The position numbers and the translations under genes are program-made. The notes under the pieces were generated by a model. It was given only the letters and a program-made list of their open reading frames with translations. It made no database searches and was not told where the DNA came from. This document shows positions 52,141 through 64,000 of a stretch of DNA of 64,000 nt, one piece after another. The stretch is from assembly GCA_964016885.1 (NCBI GenBank), contig OZ024743.1, forward strand, positions 176,638,001-176,702,000. The letters run 5' to 3'. This stretch comes from Eledone cirrhosa (lineage: Eukaryota). How positions within the stretch are numbered: position 1 is the stretch's first letter; each line of letters begins with the position of its first letter.

Positions 52141-55100
52141 ACAAACACTATCAACTTCATCATCATCACTATAAACATCATTACCTTTATCATTATACCA
52201 ACACTATCAACTTCATCATTATCACCATTATCATTTTACCAACACTATCAACTTCATCATTATCACCATTATCATTTTACCAACACTATCAACTTCATCA
52301 TCATCACCATTATCATTTTAACAACCCTATCAACTTCATCATCATCACTATAACCATCATCATCATTATCCTTTTACCAACACTATCAACTTCATCATCA
52401 TCACTATAACCATCATCATCATTATCATTTTACCAACACTATCAACTTCGTCATCATCACTATAACCATCATCACCATTATCATTTTACCAACAATATCA
52501 ACTTCATCATCATCACCGCTATCAACTTCATCATCATCACTATAACCATCATCATCATTATCATTTTTACCAACAATATCAACTTCATCATCATCACTAT
52601 AACCATCATTACCATTATCATTTTACCAACACTATCAACTTCATCATCATCACTATAACCATCATTACCTTTATCATTTTACCAACACTATCAACTTCAT
52701 CATCATCACCATAACCATCATTACCATTATCATTTTACCAACACTATCAACTTCATCATCATCACTATAACCATCATCACCTTTATCATTTTACCAACAC
52801 TATCAACTTCATCATCATCAATATAACCATCATCATCATTATCATTTTGCCAACACTATCAACTTCATCATCATCATCACTATAACCATCATCACCATTA
52901 TCATTTTACCAACACTATCAACTTAATGTCATCAATATAACCATCATCATCATTATCATTTTGCCAAGACTATCAACTTCATCATCATCATCATTATCAC
53001 TATCAAATTCATCATCATCCCTATAACCATCATCACCATTATAATTTTGCCAAAACTATCAACTTCACCATCATCACTATAACCATTATCATTTTACCAA
53101 CACTATCAAAGTTATCATCATCACTATAACCATCATCACCATTATCATTTTGCCAACACTATCAACTTCATCATCATCACTATAACCATCATCACCATTA
53201 TCATTTTACCAACACTATCAACTTTATCATCATCACTATAACCATCATCACCATTATCATTTTACCAACACTATCAACTTTATCATCATCACTATAGCCA
53301 TCATCACCATTATCATTTTACCAACACTATCAACTTTATCATCATCACTATAACCATCATCACCATTATCATTTTACCAACACTATCAACTTCACCATCA
53401 TCACTATAACCATCACCACCATTATCATTTTTACCAACACTATCAACTCCATCATCATCACTATAACCATCATCACCATTATCATTTTTACCAACACTAT
53501 CAACTTCATCATCATCACTATAACCATCATCACCATTATCATTTTGCACACTCTATCAACTTCATCATCATTATCATTTTACCAACACTATCAACTTCAT
53601 CATCAATATAACCATAATCACCATTATCATTTTACCAACACTATCAACTACATCATCATCAATATAACCATCATCACCATTATCATTTTACCAACACTAT
53701 CAAATTCATCATCATCACTATAACCATCATCACATTAGCATGTTTACCAACACTATCAACTTCATCATCATCATTATAACCATCATCACCATTATCATTT
53801 TACCAACACTATCAACTTCATCATCATCACTATAACCATCATCATGATTATAATTTTTCAACACTATTAACTTCATCATCATCCCTATAACCATCATCAT
53901 CATTATCATTTTTACCAACACTATCAACTTCATCATCATCACTATAACCATCATCATCATAATCATTTTTACCAACACTATCAACTTCATCATCATCACC
54001 ATTATCATTTTACCAACAATATCAACTTCATCATCATCACCATTATCATTTTAACAACCCTATCAACTTCATCATCATCACTAAAACCATCATCATCATT
54101 ATCCTTTTACCAACACTATCAACTTCATCATCATCACTATAACCATCATCATCATTATCATTTTACCAACACTATCAACTTCGTCATCATCACTATAACC
54201 ATCATCACCATTATCATTTTACCAACAATATCAACTTCATCATCATCACCGCTATCAACTTCATCATCATCACTATAACCATCATCATCATTATCATTTT
54301 TACCAACAATATCAACTTCATCATCATCACTATAACCATCATTACCATTATAATTTTACCAACACTATCAACTTCATCATCATCACTATAACCATCATTA
54401 CCTTTATCATTTTACCAACACTATCAACTTCATCGTCATCACCATAACCATCATTACCATTATCATTTTACCAACACTATCAACTTCATCATCATCACTA
54501 TAACCATCATCACCTTTATCATTTTACCAACACTATCAACTTCATCATCATCAATATAACCATCATCATCATTATCATTTTGCCAACACTATCAACTTCA
54601 TCATCATCATCACTATAACCATCATCACCATTATCATTTTACCAACACTATCAACTTAATATCATCAATATAACCATCATCATCATTATCATTTTGCCAA
54701 GACTATCAACTTCATCATCATCATCATTATCATTTTACCAACACTATCAACTTCATCATCATCCCTATAACCATCATCACCATTATAATTTTACCAAAAC
54801 TATCAACTTCACCATCATCTCTATAACCATTATCATTTTACCAACACTATCAAAGTTATCATCATCACTATAACCATCATCACCATTATCATTTTGCCAA
54901 CACTATCAACTTCATCATCATCACTATAACCATCATCACCATTATCATTTTACCAACACTATCAACTTTATCATCATCACTATAACCATCATCACCATTA
55001 TCATTTTACCAACACTATCAACTTTATCATCATCACTATAGCCATCATCACCATTATCATTTTACCAACACTATCAACTTTATCATCATCAATATAACCA

Positions 55101-58100
55101 TCATCACCATTATCATTTTACCAACACTATCAACTTCACCATCATCACTATAACCATCATCACCATTATCATTTTTACCAACACTATCAACTCCATCATC
55201 ATCACTATAACCATCATCACCATTATCATTTTTACCAACACTATCAACTTCATCATCATCACTATAACCATCATCACCATTATCATTTTGCACACTCTAT
55301 CAACTTCATCATCATCATCATTATCATTTTACCAACACTATCAACTTCATCATCAATATAACCATAATCACCATTATCATTTTACCAACACTATCAACTA
55401 CATCATCATCAATATAACCATCATCACCATTATCATTTTACCAACACTATCAAATTCATCATCATCACTATAACCATCATCACATTAGCATGTTTACCAA
55501 CACTATCAACTTCATCATCATCATTATAACCATCATCACCATTATCATTTTACCAACACTATCAACTTCATCATCATCACTATAACCATCATCATGATTA
55601 TAATTTTTCAGCACTATTAACTTCATCATCATCCCTATAACCATCATCATCATTATCATTTTTACCAACACTATCAACTTCATCATCATCACTATAACCA
55701 TCATCATCATAATCATTTTTACCAACACTATCAACTTCATCATCATCACCATTATCATTTTACCAACAATATCAACTTCATCATCATCACCATTATCATT
55801 TTAACAACCCTATCAACTTCATCATCATCACTATAACCATCATCATCATTATCCTTTTACCAACACTATCAACTTCATCATCATCACTATAACCATCATC
55901 ATCATTATAATTTTACCAACACTATCAACTTCATCATCATCACTATAACCATCATTACCATTATCATTTTACCAACACTATCAACTTCATCATCATCACT
56001 ATAACCATCATCACCTTTATCATTTTACCAACACTATCAACTTCATCATCATCAATATAACCATCATCATCATTATCATTTTGCCAACACTATCAACTTC
56101 ATCATCATCATCACTATAACCATCATCACCATTATCATTTTACCAACACTATCAACTTCATCATCATCTTTATCATTTTACCAACACTATCAACTTCATC
56201 ATCATCCCTATAACCATCATCATCATTATCATTTTTACCAACACTATCAACTTCATCATCATCACTATAACCATCATCATCATTATCATTTTTACCACAC
56301 TATCAACTTCATCATCATCACTATAACCATCATCACCATTATCATTTTACCAACAATATCAACTTCATCATCATCACCATTATCATTTTACCAACACTAT
56401 CAACTTCATCATCATCACTATAACCATCATCATCATTATCATTTTTACCACACTATCAACTTCATCATCATCACCATTATTATTTCACCAACACTATCAA
56501 CTTCACCATCATCACCATTATCATTTTACCAACAAGATCAACTTCATCATCATCACTATAACCATCATTACCATTATCATTTTACCAACACTATCAACTT
56601 CATCATCATCACTATAACCATCATTACCTTCATCATTTTACCAACACTATCAACTTCATCATCATCACCATAACCATCATTACCATTATCATTTTACCAA
56701 CACTATCAACTTCATCATCATCACTATAACCATCATCACCTTTATCATTTTAACAACACTATCAACTTCATCATCATCAATATAACCATCATCATCATTA
56801 TCATTTTGCCAACACTTTCAACTTCATCATCATCATCACTATAACCATCATCACCGTTATCATTTTACCAACACTATCAACTTAATATCATCAATATAAC
56901 CATCATCATCATTATCATTTTGCCAAGACTATCAACTTCATCATCATCATCATTATCATTTTACCAACACTATCAACTTCATCATCATCCCTATAACCAT
57001 CATCACCATTATAATTTTGCCAAAACTATCAACTTCACCATCATCACTATAACCATTATCATTTTACCAACACTATCAAAGTTATCATCATCACTATAAC
57101 CATCATCACCATTATCATTTTGCCAACACTATCAACTTCATCATCATCACTATAACCATCATCACCATTATCATTTTGCCAACACTATCAACTTTATCAT
57201 CATCACTATAACCATCATCACCATTATCATTTTACCAACACTATCAACTTTATCATCATAACTATAGCCATCATCACCATTATCATTTTACCAACACTAT
57301 CAACTTTATCATCATCACTATAACCATCATCACCATTATCATTTTACCAACACTATCAACTTCACCATCATCACTATAACCATAATCACCATTATCATTT
57401 TTACCAACATTATCAACTCCATCATCATCATCATTATCATTTTACCAACACTATCAACTTCATCATCACTATAACCATAATCACCATTATCATTTTACCA
57501 ACACTATCAACTACATCATCATCAATATAACCATCATCACCATTATCATTTTACCAACACTATCAAATTCATCATCATCACTATAACCATCATCACATTA
57601 GCATTTTTACCAACACTATCAACTTCATCATCATCATTATAACCATCATCACCATTATCATTTTAGCAACACTATCAACTTCATCATCATCACTATAACC
57701 ATCATCATGTTTATAATTTTTCAACACTATTAACTTCATCATCATCCCTATAACCATCATCATCATTATCATTTTTACCAACACTATCAACTTCATCATC
57801 ATCACTATAACCATCATCTTCATAATCATTTTTACCAACACTATCAACTTCATCATCATCATTATCATTTTACCAACACTATCAACTTCATCATCATTCC
57901 TATAACCATCATCATCATTATCATTTTTACCAACACTATCAACTTCATCATCATCACTATAACCATCATCATCATTATCATTTTTACCACACTATCAACT
58001 TCATCATCATAACTATAACCATCATCACCATTATCATGTTACCAACAGTATCAACTTCATCATCATCACCATTATCATTTTACCAACACCATCAACTTCA

Positions 58101-61100
58101 CCATAAACACCATTATCATTTTACCAACACTATCAACTTCACCATAACCAGCATTATCAATTTACCAACACTATCAACTTCATCATCATCATTATCATTT
58201 TACCAACACTATCATCTTCATCATCATCCCTATAACCATCATCATCATTATCATTTTTACCAACACTATCAACTTCATCATCATCACTATAACCATCATC
58301 ATCATTATCATTTTTACCACACTATCAACTTCATCATCATCACTATAACCATCATCACCATTATCATTTCACCAACACTATCAACTTCACCATCATCACC
58401 ATTATCATTTTACCAACACTATCAACTTCATCATCATCATCACTATAACCATCATCACCATTATCATTTTACCAACACTATAAACTTCATCATCATCACT
58501 ATAACCATCATCACCATTATCATTTTACCAACACTATCAACTTCACCATCATAACCATTATCATTTTACCAACACTATCAACTTCACCATAACCACCATT
58601 ATCATTTTACCAACACTATCAACTTCATCATCATCATCACTATAACCATCATCATCATTATCATTTTTACCACACTATCAACTTCATCATCATCACTATA
58701 ACCATCATCACCATTATCATTTTACCAACACTATCAACTTCATCATCATCATTATAACCATCAGCATCATTATCATTTTACCAACACTATCAAGTTTATC
58801 ATCATCACCATTATCATTTTGCCAACACTATCAATTTCATCAGCATCATACTTATCATTATACCAACACTATCAACTTCATCATCATCACCATTATCATT
58901 TTACCAACAATAACAACTTCATCATTATCACTATAACCATCATCATCATTATCATTTTACCAACACAATCAAGTTTATCATCATCAACATTATCATTTTG
59001 CCAACACTATCAACTTCATCATCCTCATCATTATCATTTTACCAACCACTATCAACTTCATCAGCATCACTGTAACCATCATCATCATTATCATTTTACC
59101 AACACTATCAACTTCATCATCATCACTATAACCATCATTACCATTATGATTTTTACCAACATTATCAACTTCATCATTATCACTATAACCATCATCACCA
59201 TTATCATTTTACCAACATTATCAACTTCATCATCATCACTATAACCATCATCACCATTATCATTTTTACCAACACTCTCAACTTCACCATCATCATGATT
59301 ATCATTTTGCCAACACTATCAACTTCATCATCATCATCATTATCATTTTACCAACACTATCAAATTCATCATCATCACTATAACCATCATCATCATTATC
59401 ATTTTTACCAAAACTATCAACTTCATCATCATCATTATAACCATCATCACCATTATCATTTTACCAACACTATCAACTTCATCATCATCACTATAACCAT
59501 CATCATCATTATCATTTTTACCACACTATCAACTTCATCATCATCACTATAACCATCATCACCATTATCATTTCACCAACACTATCAACTTCACCATCAT
59601 CACCATTATCATTTTACCAACAATATCAACTTCATCATCATCACTATAACCATCATCACCTTTATCATTTTACCAACACTATCAACTTCATCATCATCAA
59701 TATAACCATCATCATCATTATCATTTTGCCAACACTTTCAACTTCATCATCATCATCACTATAACCATCATCACCATTATCATTTTTACCAACACTATCA
59801 ACTCCATCATCATCATCATTATCATTTTGCCAAGACTATCAACTTCATCATCATCATCATTATCATTTTACCAACACTATCAACTTCATCATCATCCCTA
59901 TAACCATCATCACCATTATAATTTTGCCAAAACTATCAACTTCACCATCATCACTATAACCATTATCATTTTACCAACACTATCAAAGTTATCATCATCA
60001 CTATAACCATCATCACCATTATCATTTTGCCAACACTATCAACTTCATCATCATCACTATAACCATCATCACCATTATCATTTTACCAACACTATCAACT
60101 TTATCATCATCACTATAACCATCATCACCATTATCATTTTACCAACACTATCAACTTTATCATCATAACTATAGCCCTCATCACCATTATCATTTTACCA
60201 ACACTATCAACTTTATCATCATCACTATAACCATCATCACCATTATCATTTTACCAACACTATCAACTTCACCATCATCACTATAACCATAATCACCATT
60301 ATCATTTTTACCAACACTATCAACTCCATCATCATCATCATTATCATTTTACCAACACTATCAACTTCATCATCACTATAACCATAATCACCATTATCAT
60401 TTTACCAACACTATCAACTACATCATCATCAATATAACCATCATCACCATTATCATTTTACCAACACTATCAAATTCATCATCATCACTATAACCATCAT
60501 CACATTAGCATTTTTACCAACACTATCAACTTCATCATCATCATTATAACCATCATCACCATTATCATTTTAGCAACACTATCAACTTCATCATCATCAC
60601 TATAACCATCATCATGTTTATAATTTTTCAACACTATTAACTTCATCATCATCCCTATAACCATCATCATCATTATCATTTTTACCAACACTATCAACTT
60701 CATCATCATCACTATAACCATCATCTTCATAATCATTTTTACCAACACTATCAACTTCATCATCATCATTATCATTTTACCAACACTATCAACTTCATCA
60801 TCATTCCTATAACCATCATCATCATTATCATTTTTACCAACACTATCAACTTCATCATCATCACTATAACCATCATCATCATTATCATTTTTACCACACT
60901 ATCAACTTCATCATCATAACTATAACCATCAGCACCATTATCATGTTACCAACAGTATCAACTTCATCATCATCACCATTATCATTTTACCAACACCATC
61001 AACTTCACCATAAACACCATTATCATTTTACCAACACTATCAACTTCACCATAACCAGCATTATCAATTTACCAACACTATCAACTTCATCATCATCATT

Positions 61101-64000
61101 ATCATTTTACCAACACTATCATCTTCATCATCATCCCTATAACCATCATCATCATTATCATTTTTACCAACACTATCAACTTCATCATCATCACTATAAC
61201 CATCATCATCATTATCATTTTTACCACACTATCAACTTCATCATCATCACTATAACCATCATCACCATTATCATTTCACCAACACTATCAACTTCACCAT
61301 CATCACCATTATCATTTTACCAACACTATCAACTTCATCATCATCATCACTATAACCATCATCACCATTATCATTTTACCAACACTATAAACTTCATCAT
61401 CATCACTATAACCATCATCACCATTATCATTTTACCAACACTATCAACTTCACCATCATAACCATTATCATTTTACCAACACTATCAACTTCACCATAAC
61501 CACCATTATCATTTTACCAACACTATCAACTTCATCATCATCATCACTATAACCATCATCATCATTATCATTTTTACCACACTATCAACTTCATCATCAT
61601 CACTATAACCATCATCACCATTATCATTTTACCAACACTATCAACTTCATCATCATCATTATAACCATCAGCATCATTATCATTTTACCAACACAATCAA
61701 GTTTATCATCATCAACATTATCATTTTGCCAACACTATCAACTTCATCATCCTCATCATTATCATTTTACCAACCACTATCAACTTCATCAGCATCACTG
61801 TAACCATCATCATCATTATCATTTTACCAACACTATCAACTTCATCATCATCACTATAACCATCATTACCATTATGATTTTTACCAACATTATCAACTTC
61901 ATCATTATCACTATAACCATCATCACCATTATCATTTTACCAACATTATCAACTTCATCATCATCACTATAACCATCATCACCATTATCATTTTTACCAA
62001 CACTCTCAACTTCACCATCATCATGATTATCATTTTGCCAACACTATCAACTTCATCATCATCATCATTATCATTTTACCAACACTATCAAATTCATCAT
62101 CATCACTATAACCATCATCATCATTATCATTTTTACCAAAACTATCAACTTCATCATCATCATTATAACCATCATCACCATTATCATTTTACCAACACTA
62201 TCAACTTCATCATCATCACTATAACCATCATCATCATTATCATTTTTACCACACTATCAACTTCATCATCATCACTATAACCATCATCACCATTATCATT
62301 TCACCAACACTATCAACTTCACCATCATCACCATTATCATTTTACCAACAATATCAACTTCATCATCATCACTATAACCATCATTACCATTATCATTTTA
62401 CCAACACTATCAACTTCATCATCATCACTATAACCATCATTACCTTTATCATTTTACCAACACTATCAACTTCATCATCATCACCATAACCATCATTACC
62501 ATTATCATTTTACCAACACTATCAACTTCATCATCATCACTATAACCATCATCACCTTTATCATTTTGCCAACACTTTCAACTTCATCATCATCATCACT
62601 ATAACCATCATCACCATTATCATTTTTACCAACACTATCAACTCCATCATCATCATCATTATCATTTTGCAAGACTATCAACTTCATCATCATCATCATT
62701 ATCATTTTACCAACACTATCAACTTCATCATCATCCCTATAACCATCATCACCATTATAATTTTGCCAAAACTATCAACTTCACCATCATCACTATAACC
62801 ATTATCATTTTACCAACACTATCAAAGTTATCATCATCACTATAACCATCATCACCATTATCATTTTGCCAACACTATCAACTTCATCATCATCACTATA
62901 ACCATCATCACCATTATCATTTTACCAACACTATCAACTTTATCATCATCACTATAACCATCATCACCATTATCATTTTACCAACACTATCAACTTTATC
63001 ATCATAACTATAGCCCTCATCACCATTATCATTTTACCAACACTATCAACTTTATCATCATCACTATAACCATCATCACCATTATCATTTTACCAACACT
63101 ATCAACTTCACCATCATCACTATAACCATAATCACCATTATCATTTTTACCAACACTATCAACTCCATCATCATCATCATTATCATTTTACCAACACTAT
63201 CAACTTCATCATCACTATAACCATAATCACCATTATCATTTTACCAACACTATCAACTACATCATCATCAATATAACCATCATCACCATTATCATTTTAC
63301 CAACACTATCAAATTCATCATCATCACTATAACCATCATCACATTAGCATTTTTACCAACACTATCAACTTCATCATCATCATTATAACCATCATCACCA
63401 TTATCATTTTAGCAACACTATCAACTTCATCATCATCACTATAACCATCATCATGTTTATAATTTTTCAACACTATTAACTTCATCATCATCCCTATAAC
63501 CATCATCATCATTATCATTTTTACCAACACTATCAACTTCATCATCATCACTATAACCATCATCTTCATAATCATTTTTACCAACACTATCAACTTCATC
63601 ATCATCATTATCATTTTACCAACACTATCAACTTCATCATCATTCCTATAACCATCATCATCATTATCATTTTTACCAACACTATCAACTTCATCATCAT
63701 CACTATAACCATCATCATCATTATCATTTTTACCACACTATCAACTTCATCATCATCACTATAACCATCATCACCATTATCATGTTACCAACAGTATCAA
63801 CTTCATCATCATCACCATTATCATTTTACCAACACTATCAACTTCACCATAACCACCATTATCATTTTACCAACACGATCAACTTCAGCATAACCACCAT
63901 TATCAATTTACCAACACTATCAACTTCATCATCATCACTATAACCATCATCATCATTATCATTTTTACCACACTATCAACTTCATCATCATCACTATAAC
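52141..64000. repeat. ~56-bp minisatellite (TTTTACCAACACTATCAACTTCATCATCATCACTATAACCATCATCACCATTATCA)n with higher-order blocks, runs off the right edge
   Basis: 56-57-bp units plus ~38-bp shortened units; identical ORF-track peptides recur at ~1.75 kb and ~2.7-2.9 kb. Confidence 0.97.

Noticed and set aside
53313-63614. NDNGDDGYSDDDEVDSVGK acidic repeat ORFs as a biomineral-type protein
   Set aside because: Most units are 56 bp and shift frame; ORFs are short by-products of the minisatellite

Overview
AT-rich, gene-free eukaryotic DNA. The SINE family, dense (TA)n/(CA)n/(GA)n microsatellites and overall repeat make-up suggest an octopus-like cephalopod (inference). A 26-bp satellite (1-11.3 kb) and a ~56-bp minisatellite (52.1-64 kb) bracket ~40 kb of transposon debris: a frameshifted Helitron helicase with an intact 3' end, a probable non-autonomous Helitron, a CR1 3' end, a decayed mariner, MITEs, many tRNA-type SINE copies, and a Penelope-like (Naiad-type) RT/GIY-YIG element with ~1.1-kb inverted pseudo-LTRs. 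The main hidden signal is a dense set of type I hammerhead ribozyme (HHR) motifs from at least seven sequence-unrelated families. Most have a 1-bp stem III closed by a palindromic loop (dimer-type HHR). They occur in a 466-bp retrozyme-like tandem array (6 copies), in non-coding fold-back elements embedded in (TA)n tracts, and in the Penelope pseudo-LTR. No host protein-coding gene can be supported; most listed ORFs are microsatellite artefacts.
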